From contig NZ_DASYMU010000010.1 in NCBI RefSeq assembly GCF_036008905.1, positions 301-64,300 of the forward strand: a DNA stretch of 64,000 nt, in the 5' to 3' direction. Below are positions 17,782 to 27,060 of the stretch, one piece after another. Every line of letters begins with the position of its first letter. Position 1 is the first letter of the stretch. The notes under the pieces are model-generated. The model had not been told where the DNA came from. It made no database searches and saw only the letters and a program-made list of their open reading frames with translations. A program made the translations under genes and the position numbers. The DNA comes from Amycolatopsis sp. (lineage in GTDB: Bacteria > Actinomycetota > Actinomycetes > Mycobacteriales > Pseudonocardiaceae).

Positions 17782-17908
17782 TCCACGATCAGATCACAAA
17801 TTCGACCCGCACCGGCCACCGAGAGCGAGACCATGCACAATATGCGGCGTAGTCGCAGATAGGCCTTCGCGGGCCGTGCGTAACAAAAGCCATACGGGGG
17901 TTTACCGG

Positions 17909-19156
17909 GTGTCCTGGCAGGAGCAGCTACGAAACCTGGACGAGGAGCTCGCATCGGGCCGTCTCTCCGCCGACGAGTACCGGCAGCGCCGTGACCAGGT
18001 GCTAACGTCCGCCGTCACCCCGGGAGACAGCTCCCAGCCGTATGCTCCGCCGTCCCCGCCTCCCGGCACGCCGCCACAGGGCCAGCCGCAGTCGCAGCCG
18101 CCTCAGGGGCAGCCGCCGACGGCGGAGTCGACGCAGATCATCGCTCCGGTGAGTCCCTCACGGGGATTCCCGCAGCAGAACGCGCCGCAGGCGAACACAC
18201 CCCAGCAGAACTCCGAGGCCACCCAGGTCGTGCGGGGCCTCGACCCCAGCGCCGATCGCACCCAGGCCGTCCAGGGTGGCTGGCCCGCGACGCCGGGCGA
18301 CGCCGATCGCACCCAGGTCGTCCCCGGCGGCACCGCGTCCTCACCTCCCGGCGGGATTCCCATGGGCGGCCACCGGCCGCAGCAGCCCACGTGGAACACC
18401 CCGGACACCGACGCCAGCCCGCCGTGGGGTGGCAGCGAGTTCCCGCCGCTTCCGGCGCAGGGCCCGGACAGCTGGATCACCCAGGGTCCGGAGGTCTTCG
18501 GCACGAAGAGCGGCGGCAAGGGCAAGATCATCGGCATCGTGGTGGCCGTGCTGGTGCTGGCCGGGCTCGGTGTCGGCGCCTTCCTGATCTGGGGTCAGGG
18601 CTCGTCCAGCGAGCAAGCAGGCCCCGGCGACCAGACGCCGCCCGCCGCGAGTTCGCAGGCCCCGCCGCCGGCGCCCCCGGACCCGCTGCCCACCGCCAAG
18701 CTGGCAGGCCAGGCCGAGGCGCACCCCGAGATCAAGTCCATGGCGGACATCCCGCAGCTCAACTACCTCGGCCCCAAAGAGCTCGAGGCGTATAACACCG
18801 CGACCTCGGGCGCCGGCGACACCAAGGTCGTCGTCTACCACCTGACCGACGGCAGCCAGGTCGTGCTCATGCTGACGGAGGCCTTCGCCCCCGCCGCGGC
18901 ACAGGACGCCGTCGAGAAGCTGAAGGACGTCCAGGTCGAGAACGGCGCGAAGACGGACACCGCGTCTCCGGTCGGTGTGCAGACGACCGAAATCGGGGTC
19001 AAGGGCGGCCAGCCGGCCCAGGTTCGCGGCCACTACGTCAGCGGCAGTGTGATCGTCCGGGTGGACGTGGCGAACACTTCCGGGCTCGAAGCGGCCAAGA
19101 GCTCGTACGAGACCGCTCTCGCGGCTCAGTTGAGCGCGCTTCCCAGCAATGGCTGA
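17909..19156 (+). CDS. Paralogous single-pass membrane protein (same architecture)
   Basis: VSWQEQLRNLDEELASGRLSADEYRQRRDQVL; IIGIVVAVLVLAGLGVGAFLIW TM; overlaps the next gene by 8 bp. Confidence 0.8.
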   Translation: MSWQEQLRNLDEELASGRLSADEYRQRRDQVLTSAVTPGDSSQPYAPPSPPPGTPPQGQPQSQPPQGQPPTAESTQIIAPVSPSRGFPQQNAPQANTPQQNSEATQVVRGLDPSADRTQAVQGGWPATPGDADRTQVVPGGTASSPPGGIPMGGHRPQQPTWNTPDTDASPPWGGSEFPPLPAQGPDSWITQGPEVFGTKSGGKGKIIGIVVAVLVLAGLGVGAFLIWGQGSSSEQAGPGDQTPPAASSQAPPPAPPDPLPTAKLAGQAEAHPEIKSMADIPQLNYLGPKELEAYNTATSGAGDTKVVVYHLTDGSQVVLMLTEAFAPAAAQDAVEKLKDVQVENGAKTDTASPVGVQTTEIGVKGGQPAQVRGHYVSGSVIVRVDVANTSGLEAAKSSYETALAAQLSALPSNG

Positions 19157-22100
19157 GGCGCACGCACCAGCACCGGCCGTGACAGCGTGCACCATCGTCG
19201 CGAGGAACTACCTTCCCGCGGCGAGGGTGCTCGCGCGGTCCTATCTGCGGCATCACCCCGAAGGTGATTTCGTCATCGCGGTCATCGACGCGGACGAGGC
19301 GGATCTCGGCGGGCAGGACGGGTTCCGGGTCGTCGGCCGGGACGCGTTCGGCATCGACGAAGACACCTACCTGCGCATGGCGACCGCGTACTCGATCACC
19401 GAGTTGGCGACCTCGGTCAAGCCGTACCTGTTGCGACAGTTGCTGCGCGACAGGCAGGTAGCGATCTATCTCGACCCGGACATCCAGGTGTTCGCGCCGA
19501 TGCCCGAGCTCGCTGTGCTGGCCGCCGAACACGGAATCGTGCTCACGCCGCATTTCCTCGCGCCGCTGCCGCAGGACGGCATGGAGCCCGACGACGCCGT
19601 GATCATGGGGACGGGCATCTTCAACCTCGGTTTCGTCGCCGTGGGTACCGGTGCCGGGGACTTCCTGGACTTCTGGGCGCAGCGCCTGCGGCACGACGCG
19701 ATCGTCGCCCCGGAAAAGCAGCTGTTCACCGATCAGCGCTGGGTCGACCAGGTACCGGCGCTGTTCGGTCACCACGTGCTCCGGGACCCCGGGTTCAACG
19801 TGGCCTACTGGAACCTGCACGACCGCTCGGTCGGCCGTGACGCCGAGGGCACGCTCACCGCGGGCGGGCACCGGCTCCGGTTCTTCCACTTCAGCGGCTA
19901 CCGGCCGGAAACGAACTGGCTGCTGAGCTTCCATCTCGCCCGCAAGCCCCGGATCCTGCTTTCCGAGCATCCCGAAGTACGAGCCCTGTGCGACGCCTAC
20001 GGTGCCGCGCTGAAGGCCGCCGGGTACGCCGAAACGCTGGACGCGGTGGCCTACGGTTTCGCGAAGTTCGGCGACGGCCAGTCGTTGACGCCGATCAGCC
20101 GCCGGTTGTTCCGTGACGGCTGGATCAAGGCCGAGCTCACGAAGAAGCCGTTGCCACCACACGCTTTCGGCGCCGACGGCGGAGCGGCCTTGCGGGCCTG
20201 GCTGCTTTCGTCGGACGAAGACGCGCACGCCGCCGCCGGTCTCAACAGGCTGGTCATGGCCGTCTGGGAAGCACGGGTGGATCTGCAGCTCGCCTTCCCG
20301 CAGCCGACCGGCGCGGATTCGGCCCGGCTGCGCAGCTGGTGCGGCCTGTCCGGGGTCTCCGAGGGCATGCTGCCCGAATGGGCCGTCCCGGCCGAGCCGG
20401 AGCCGCCGGCCGCGCCCGACGAGGAATTCGGCGTCAACCTGCTCGGTTACCTGACCGCGGAACTCGGTGTCGGCGAGATGGGCCGCATCGTGCACGACGC
20501 CATCTCGCTCGCGAAGGTCCCGGTCGTCTCCGTACTCGAAGAACGCTCGCTGCAGAGCCGGACCGGGATCGACCAGCCGGAAACCGTGGGCAAGCCCCAT
20601 TTCCCGGTCAGTGTGCTCGCGGTCAACGCCGACCAGACGGCGGCGGTGCTCGCGAACCACCCCGAGGTCGGCTACCAGCGTTACCGGATCGGCTTGTGGG
20701 CTTGGGAGCTCGAGGACTTTCCCCAGGCACAGCACCACGCCTTCGATTTGCTCGACGAGGTGTGGACGGTCTCGGACTTCTGCCGGGACGCGCTCGCCAG
20801 GCACACCACGATCCCGGTGAAGACGATCCCGGTGCCGGTCCGCGATCACGGCGCCGTCAACGCGCCGCGCCGCGCCGCCGGTGACCCCGCTCAGTTCCTG
20901 TTCGCCTTCGACTTCAACAGCACCGCGCAGCGGAAGAACCCGGGCGGGGTCGTCGCCGCGTTCCAGCGCGCGTTCCCCGAACGCGAAGACGTGCGCCTGG
21001 TCATCAAGACGATCAACGCGCGCCTGCATCCCGGGGTGGCGGAACGGCTCCGGATCGAGGTCGCCGACGACCCGCGGATCGAGCTGATCGAGCGCTACCT
21101 GAGCGTCGCCGAACTGCACGAGCTTTACGACACCAGCACTTGTTACGTGTCCCTGCACCGGAGTGAGGGCTTCGGCCTGACCGTGGCCGAGGCCATGGTG
21201 CGCGCGATGCCGGTGATCTCGACGGACTACTCGAGCACGCGCGAGTTCCTCGACGAGCGGACCGGCTGGCCGATCCGCTACCGGATGGTCCCGGTGGGCA
21301 ACGGCGCCCTCCCGTACCACCCGGACGGCGTCTGGGCGGATCCCGACGTCGGTGCCGCCGCGGCCGCGATGCGGCAGATCGTCGAAGATCCGGAAGAAGC
21401 CACACGCCGCGGCAAGGCCGCTCGCGAACACATCCTGCGGACCCGTTCGATGGAGACGGCCGCCGCCTGGATGCACGCCGAGCTTTCGCAGGCTTACGAG
21501 ACGTGGCAAGCGAAACGCGGCGCTCTCGCCGCGCCGCCCGCCCCCGAACAACTCGACCACCCGCTGTCGCCGATGCACAACGCGCGGGAAGCCCTGCGCT
21601 GGCGCCCGGAGCCGGGCGCGTCCTCGCGGGTGCCGCTCGCCCCCGCGATGCGCAAAGCGGTGCTGCGCGTCATCGACCACTACGACGTCCACCAGCGCAA
21701 CGTCATGGGCGCGCTGCAAGACGGCGTGGAGAGCACCGCTCAGCGGTTGCTCGGCAGGCTCGAAGCCGTCGAGGCGGCGTTGGAAGAGTCGCGGCGCGCG
21801 GCGCAACGTGACGCCGAATTCACCACCAGGCTCAGCGCCAAGCTGGCGACGACCCAGTCGGCATTGGACGAACTTCGCCACCAGGCGCCCGGAACCCAAT
21901 CCACGCTGCAGGGCGTCGCGGAAGACGTGACCCGGCTCCAGACCGAGCTGACGTCCGGGTTCGAGGCCTCACAATCGTTGTCGCACAGCATGTTCCAGGA
22001 GCGCGACGCGCGACTGGACAACAACGAGCACCTGATCCGGCGGATCACGGCAGACGTCGAAGCGGTGCACGAAGCCGCGCGGCTCGTCCACAGCCCGGTC

Positions 22101-22874
22101 CCCGACGGTGCCGAGGTGGTCCTCTGTGACGCGGGTGCGCTGCTCCTGCCCGCGGACGACGTCGTCCTGCCGTGGATCCGTTACCACCGCTCGTGGGAGA
22201 AGTCCGAAGCCACGAAGATGACCGAGTTGGCGAGCCGCCGGCCGGGTGCGTTCCTCGACGTCGGCGCACACGTCGGCTACCACACGCTGAGCCTGCTGCG
22301 CACGACTCCGGGTGTCACGCGGGTGGTCGCCGTCGAGGTGGACGCCACCAACGCCGGTTTCCTGCGGCGGAACCTCGCCGCGAACCTGCCCGCTTGGCAG
22401 GCGGAACGCGTCACCGTGGTCGAGGCCGCCGCCTGGGACACCGACGCCGGCGTACGCCTTGTCCGTGCCGCGGAGACCAACAGCGGCGATCACCGCGTTC
22501 GTGAAGCCGCCGAGGGCGACGGCACGGACGTCGTGCCGTCGGTTCGGCTGGAGACGCTTCCGGAGGTCACGGCTCAGCCCGTCACGCTGGTGAAGGTGGA
22601 CCTGCAGGGGCGCGATCACCGTGCGCTCGCGGGACTCCGGGCGATCCTGGAACGCGACCGGCCCGACGTCGTCTGCGAATTCTCACCCGAAGCGATCGAA
22701 GAGCTCGGTGACGATCCCTCGCAGGTACTCGCGGGCTACCGCAAGCTCGGCTATCGGCTGCTGACGATCGAAGCGGACGGCCGGGTCGTCGACGACTACA
22801 CCGACGACGAGCTGATCCGTGGCGCCAGAACGGACGAACGGGAGTTCTTCACCCTGTGGCTGTGCCCTGCCTGA
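19149..22874 (+). CDS. Multidomain enzyme: GT-A-like glycosyltransferase + GT4 glycosyltransferase + coiled coil + FkbM methyltransferase
   Basis: YLDPDI (DxD), GIFNLGF, FTDQRWVD, NVAYWN; GVNLLGYLTAELGVGE, RKNP, SLHRSEGFGLTVAEAM (GT4 EX7E); about 130 aa heptad-rich helix; FLDVGAHVGYH, VKVDLQG. Confidence 0.88.
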   Translation: MAEAHAPAPAVTACTIVARNYLPAARVLARSYLRHHPEGDFVIAVIDADEADLGGQDGFRVVGRDAFGIDEDTYLRMATAYSITELATSVKPYLLRQLLRDRQVAIYLDPDIQVFAPMPELAVLAAEHGIVLTPHFLAPLPQDGMEPDDAVIMGTGIFNLGFVAVGTGAGDFLDFWAQRLRHDAIVAPEKQLFTDQRWVDQVPALFGHHVLRDPGFNVAYWNLHDRSVGRDAEGTLTAGGHRLRFFHFSGYRPETNWLLSFHLARKPRILLSEHPEVRALCDAYGAALKAAGYAETLDAVAYGFAKFGDGQSLTPISRRLFRDGWIKAELTKKPLPPHAFGADGGAALRAWLLSSDEDAHAAAGLNRLVMAVWEARVDLQLAFPQPTGADSARLRSWCGLSGVSEGMLPEWAVPAEPEPPAAPDEEFGVNLLGYLTAELGVGEMGRIVHDAISLAKVPVVSVLEERSLQSRTGIDQPETVGKPHFPVSVLAVNADQTAAVLANHPEVGYQRYRIGLWAWELEDFPQAQHHAFDLLDEVWTVSDFCRDALARHTTIPVKTIPVPVRDHGAVNAPRRAAGDPAQFLFAFDFNSTAQRKNPGGVVAAFQRAFPEREDVRLVIKTINARLHPGVAERLRIEVADDPRIELIERYLSVAELHELYDTSTCYVSLHRSEGFGLTVAEAMVRAMPVISTDYSSTREFLDERTGWPIRYRMVPVGNGALPYHPDGVWADPDVGAAAAAMRQIVEDPEEATRRGKAAREHILRTRSMETAAAWMHAELSQAYETWQAKRGALAAPPAPEQLDHPLSPMHNAREALRWRPEPGASSRVPLAPAMRKAVLRVIDHYDVHQRNVMGALQDGVESTAQRLLGRLEAVEAALEESRRAAQRDAEFTTRLSAKLATTQSALDELRHQAPGTQSTLQGVAEDVTRLQTELTSGFEASQSLSHSMFQERDARLDNNEHLIRRITADVEAVHEAARLVHSPVPDGAEVVLCDAGALLLPADDVVLPWIRYHRSWEKSEATKMTELASRRPGAFLDVGAHVGYHTLSLLRTTPGVTRVVAVEVDATNAGFLRRNLAANLPAWQAERVTVVEAAAWDTDAGVRLVRAAETNSGDHRVREAAEGDGTDVVPSVRLETLPEVTAQPVTLVKVDLQGRDHRALAGLRAILERDRPDVVCEFSPEAIEELGDDPSQVLAGYRKLGYRLLTIEADGRVVDDYTDDELIRGARTDEREFFTLWLCPA

Positions 22875-22938
22875 GCGGATGTGTTGGTTAGTCGCAAACT
22901 GAGAAAGCCGGGAAGCTACCCTGTGGCGGACACAGGGG

Positions 22939-24111
22939 GTGGTGACTCTGACGACCACGCAGTCGAAGCGCCGAATCGTCTTCATCGACATCGGCAGGGC
23001 GATGGCCGCGCTTCTCGTGTTCTACAGCCACCTGGCCGAGCCGTGGGTGCACGCGAAGGGCGAACACGCGCCCTACATCGACTTCATCGACGCTTTGACG
23101 AGCGGGCCGATGCACATGGCGGGCCAGGGCATCGGGCAGATCGCGGTGCCGTTCTTCTTCCTGGTCAGTGGTTTCGTGGTGACGCCGATCGCGATGCGGC
23201 AGGGCCAGGGGCGCTTCACGCTGAACCGGGTCATCCGGATCTACGCGCCGATGCTGTTCACCGTGCTGTTGACCGCCGTCCTGCTGGCAGCGAATCTCCA
23301 CCCGCCGTCAACCGGCCAGTCGCAGCTGCTCACCCCGGTCACCGTGCTGACGAACATCACCTTGGCCAACTACCTGATCTTCCCGCAGGTGGTGCTGATC
23401 CCGGTGGCGTGGACGATGATCATCGAGGTCATCTTCTACGCGATGATTTTGCTGGTGCTGCCGGTGCTCCGCCGGGCGGTGTGGCTGGCCATCGCCATCG
23501 AGCTCACCTTCGTTTTCGTCGTGCTGATGAGCCGGACCCATTACAGCGCCTCGTATTCGCTGTTCGGCGTCGCGGTTTCGTATCTCCCGGCGATGATCAT
23601 CGGCCAGATCATCTGGGCGACCGCGAGCAAGCGGATCCCGCTGTGGGCCGGTTGGACCTACGGGGCGATCGCGTGGTCGCTCTACGTCCTCGCCGACATC
23701 GTGGACGTCGGCCGGATCGACAATTCGTACAACCTCGCGCTCGCGTTCGCGATCGTCTGCTTCCTGATGGGGATGTTCGCCGAACCGAGGCTGAAGGAAC
23801 GGCCGTTCTGGACGGCGTTGTCCGAGCGCAGCTATTCGCTTTATCTCCTGCACATGCTGGTTTCGTTCGTCCTGCTCGAACTGCTGCGCCCGGCGGTGCC
23901 GCTGCCTCTCGCGTTGCTGATCGTCATCGTGGTGACCTTCGGCGTCGTGGAGATCTCGTACCGGCTGGTCGAGCAGCCCAGTCACAAGCTGGCCAGGAAA
24001 CTGGCGACCCGGTTCGACAAACCCGGGTCCGGGAAACCGAAACCGCAGCCTCCACCACCCAGAGATCCCGAATCCACCGTCGTCATGCAACGAGTTAATT
24101 CGAACGGGTGA
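22939..24111 (+). CDS. Acyltransferase family 3 (OafA/YrhL-like) membrane O-acyltransferase
   Basis: FIDIGRAMAALLVFYSH, VPFFFLVSGFV, WTMIIEVIFY, SYSLYLLH, YRLVEQP. Confidence 0.92.
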   Translation: MVTLTTTQSKRRIVFIDIGRAMAALLVFYSHLAEPWVHAKGEHAPYIDFIDALTSGPMHMAGQGIGQIAVPFFFLVSGFVVTPIAMRQGQGRFTLNRVIRIYAPMLFTVLLTAVLLAANLHPPSTGQSQLLTPVTVLTNITLANYLIFPQVVLIPVAWTMIIEVIFYAMILLVLPVLRRAVWLAIAIELTFVFVVLMSRTHYSASYSLFGVAVSYLPAMIIGQIIWATASKRIPLWAGWTYGAIAWSLYVLADIVDVGRIDNSYNLALAFAIVCFLMGMFAEPRLKERPFWTALSERSYSLYLLHMLVSFVLLELLRPAVPLPLALLIVIVVTFGVVEISYRLVEQPSHKLARKLATRFDKPGSGKPKPQPPPPRDPESTVVMQRVNSNG

Positions 24112-24187
24112 CTTAGGCCACCTCCGTCAACGAGGTCCCACCACTGGGCGTCCTACCAACGCAGCATCAGCTGCGAGGAGGTAGTCC

Positions 24188-24268
24188 ATGTGGGTTCAGA
24201 TCATCATCGTTTCGGTGTTGGCCGTGGTGTTCCTCGTTCGCCTGACCAGGCAGCTGCGGCACCGGTGA
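24188..24268 (+). CDS. 26-aa single-TM small protein (not in the ORF track)
   Basis: GAGGAG RBS 7 nt before ATG; MWVQIIIVSVLAVVFLVRLTRQLRHR, a hydrophobic helix with a basic tail. Confidence 0.6.
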   Translation: MWVQIIIVSVLAVVFLVRLTRQLRHR

Positions 24269-24269
24269 G

Positions 24270-24938
24270 TCACTTGCCGCGTGGCGTGACCAGGCCTGAT
24301 TCGTAGGCGAGCACGACAAGCTGTGCCCTGTCGCGAGCGCCGATCTTGGTCATGATGCGGCTGACGTGGGTACGGGCCGTCGCCGTCGAGATGACCAGCT
24401 GAGCGGCGATTTCGTCGTTCGACAGGCCGCCGGCGACCAGCGCGAGCACCTCACGTTCCCGGTCGGTCACCTCGCGGACGGCGCTGGAGTCGACGCGGCG
24501 GTTCTCCGGGCGGCCCACGAACTCGGCGATCAGCCGACGGGTGACTGTCGGCGCGAGTAGCGCTTCACCGGCGTTGATCACCTGCAACGCGCGAAGCAGC
24601 TCCACCGGCTCGGTGTCCTTCAGCAGGAACCCGCTCGCCCCGGCCCGCAGCGCTTCGTAGACGTACTCGTCGACGTCGAAAGTGGTCAGCACCAGCACCT
24701 TCACCCCGGACAGCTCGGGGTTCGAAGTGATCTGGCGAGTCGCTTCGAGCCCATCGACCCCGGGCATCCGGATGTCCATCACGACGATGTCCGGCCGATG
24801 CCGGAGCGCCTGGGCGACCGCCTCCGTGCCGTTCCCGGCTTCCCCGCAGACCTCGAACCCGTCCTCGGTCTCCAGCAGCACCCGGAAACCGGCGCGGACG
24901 AGCACCTGGTCGTCGGCCAGCACCACGCGGATGTTCAC
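24270..24938 (-). CDS. NarL/LuxR-family response regulator
   Basis: VVLADDQ, VMDIRMP, LTTFD, GFLLKD; HTH TDREREVL...GLSNDEIA...TARTHVSRIMTK. Confidence 0.95.
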   Translation of the reverse strand: MNIRVVLADDQVLVRAGFRVLLETEDGFEVCGEAGNGTEAVAQALRHRPDIVVMDIRMPGVDGLEATRQITSNPELSGVKVLVLTTFDVDEYVYEALRAGASGFLLKDTEPVELLRALQVINAGEALLAPTVTRRLIAEFVGRPENRRVDSSAVREVTDREREVLALVAGGLSNDEIAAQLVISTATARTHVSRIMTKIGARDRAQLVVLAYESGLVTPRGK

Positions 24939-26063
24939 GAGTCCCCCTCCTGCAGTGGAAGTTCGGCACGCACTTCGAATCCCCCTTCGACCGGCCTGGC
25001 GAGCACTTTGCCGCCGAGCGCGGCGGCGCGTTCGCCCATGCCGCGCAGGCCGTTGCCGAGTTTCGGCTCCGCGGCCCCCATACCGTCGTCGGTCACGACG
25101 AGTTCGAAGAAGCCCTCGCGCCGGTCGAAACGGACCTGGACGTTTTTGGGCTGGTTCGCGTGCCGGACCACGTTGGTCAATGACTCTTGCAGGATCCGGT
25201 ACGCGGCGCCATCGGTCGGCGCGGGCAGCTCGCCCGGCGAGCCCTCGACGCGCACGACAAGCCCTGTCGCGCGGGCGTGCTCGAACAGTTCGGACATCTG
25301 GCGCAGGCTCGGCGCGGGGGCGCGGTCCTCCCCCGACCGCAGCACGGCGAGGGTCGCGCGCAGATCCTTCAGCGCGGACGCGCTGGCTTCCTTGATGTTG
25401 AGCAGTGCTTCCTTGGCCTGCTCGGGACGTCGATCGGCGACATGCGCGGCGACCCCGGCCTGGACGTTGATCATCGCGAGGCTGTGGGCGACGACGTCGT
25501 GCACATCGCGGGCGATCCGCAGCCGTTCCTGCTCGGCCATCCGCCCCTGGTGCTCCACGGCCCGCTCTCGCGAGGCCCGCACGGCGGTGACCTGGTTGCG
25601 GACGGCGGTCCCGATGCCCACCACGGCGACGATCCAGACCACGAACAGCCCGGCGCGGGCGTCCAAGAAGATTTCCCCGCCAGTGGCCAGGTAGACCACG
25701 AACCCGACGAGCATCAGCGATCCACCCGCGATGCCCGCCCTGACCGGGCCCTGGCGCTGGGTGAGCGTGAACAGCGCGATCGTCGGCAGGAACACCGCGG
25801 GCCCGCCCGGATACCCTGAGATCCAGTAATACGCCCAGGTCAACGCCGCGACCACGAGGAACACCGTCAGCGGGAACCGGCGCCGGACCATTAGCGGCAG
25901 CGCGGCGGCGAGCAGCCAGAGGTAACCGAAGACGTCGAGGCGGTGCACGTCGGGCTGCCAGCGGGAGGCACCCGTTGTCGCTCCGAGCACGAAGAGCGTC
26001 ACGAACAGGGTCGACACCACTGTCCATCTCGCCGGATCGCGTTCTCTCCATCGCTCTTGCCAC
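24935..26063 (-). CDS. HisKA_3-type membrane sensor histidine kinase
   Basis: ERLRIARDVHDVVAHSL, RILQESLTNVVRHA, GNGLRGMGER; N-terminal TMs; start uncertain. Confidence 0.92.
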
Positions 26064-26147
26064 ACGCCGGAAAAGCTACCCGGCCCAGGTGACATTCGCG
26101 TCCGTCGCGAAGCGGCTCTCGGGCTACGACACCCGACGTACGCGGCG

Positions 26148-26984
26148 CTAGCCGAAGACCGGCAGCTTCGACGCGGTTTCCTCGTCGGCCGGGGTGTAGG
26201 CGGCCAGCGAGATTTCGGAGCGCGGGCCGAAGTAGAGGTACGCGAAGTCGAACCGCAGCAGCCCCACGTCCGGGTGCTCGAAGCGCTTGGTCCGGATGCG
26301 CTCGGAGGTGACCTCGTGCTGGTTCCACAGCCGCTCGAACACCGGCGATTCCTTCCGAAGCCGCTTCACCAGGCATTTCCACGCCGGCTCGGCGACATGC
26401 TCGGCCATCGCCGCGCGGAAGCCCGCGACCATCCGCGGCGCGTTGGTGTCGAAGTCCGGCAGCCGCTTGCGCCATTCCGGGTTGGTCAAGCACTGGAGCA
26501 ACGAGTTGCGCTCCTCGAACGGGATCGCGTCGACGTCGCCCATCAGCCAGTCGTAGCCACGGTTGTAGGCCAGGATGTCGCAGCGCGCGTTGCGCACCAT
26601 GGCGGGGAACGGTTCGAGCTGGCGCATCATCACGTGGATCGACGGCGAGATGGACCGGCATTCCTTTTCGGCGGGCGGCTCGGGCGCGCCCGCGAGGGTG
26701 AAGAGGTGCGAGTGCTCGTACGGGTCGAGCCGCAGCGTCCGCGAGATGGCGTCGAGCACCTGCTCGGAGGCGTTGATGTCGCGGCCCTGCTCGAGCCAGG
26801 TGTACCAGGTGACCCCGACCCCGGCGAGCTGCGCGACCTCTTCGCGGCGCAGGCCCGGCGTCCGGCGTCGACCGGCGAACGGCAACCCGACCTGCTCCGG
26901 CGTGATGCGCTCGCGGCGGCTGCGCAGGAAGGCGGCCAGCTCGTGGCGGCGCACGGCGGCGGGATCTTGCAGGACAGCGGTCAT
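26148..26984 (-). CDS. XRE-family regulator with an MmyB-like ligand-binding domain
   Basis: ELAAFLRSRRER, RRTPGLRREEVAQLAGVGVTWYTWLEQGR, HPDVGLL. Confidence 0.93.
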   Translation of the reverse strand: MTAVLQDPAAVRRHELAAFLRSRRERITPEQVGLPFAGRRRTPGLRREEVAQLAGVGVTWYTWLEQGRDINASEQVLDAISRTLRLDPYEHSHLFTLAGAPEPPAEKECRSISPSIHVMMRQLEPFPAMVRNARCDILAYNRGYDWLMGDVDAIPFEERNSLLQCLTNPEWRKRLPDFDTNAPRMVAGFRAAMAEHVAEPAWKCLVKRLRKESPVFERLWNQHEVTSERIRTKRFEHPDVGLLRFDFAYLYFGPRSEISLAAYTPADEETASKLPVFG

Positions 26985-27048
26985 GGTCCCAGGGTCGCAC
27001 GTCCGCGAGCCTATTACCAGGTAGTCGTGGTACCCGGATAAACAGACT

Positions 27049-27060
27049 CCTGGTACCAGG
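27049..27060. promoter_or_regulatory. Palindrome in the divergent XRE/MFS promoter
   Basis: CCTGGTACCAGG (perfect); a second TGGTACC lies 23 bp upstream. Confidence 0.45.

Noticed and set aside
16681-19156. Flagellar FliL-type annotation for the paralogous membrane proteins
   Set aside because: No flagellar genes nearby; the similarity would rest only on a single TM plus low-complexity sequence.
19038-21899. 953-aa antisense ORF, plus other long antisense or alternate-frame ORFs (1850-3442, 4265-5665, 31435-33216, 56853-58292, 60719-62647)
   Set aside because: Shadow ORFs expected at about 70% GC. They lie opposite or over genes with clear family motifs and are Arg/Gly/Ala-rich with no motifs of their own.
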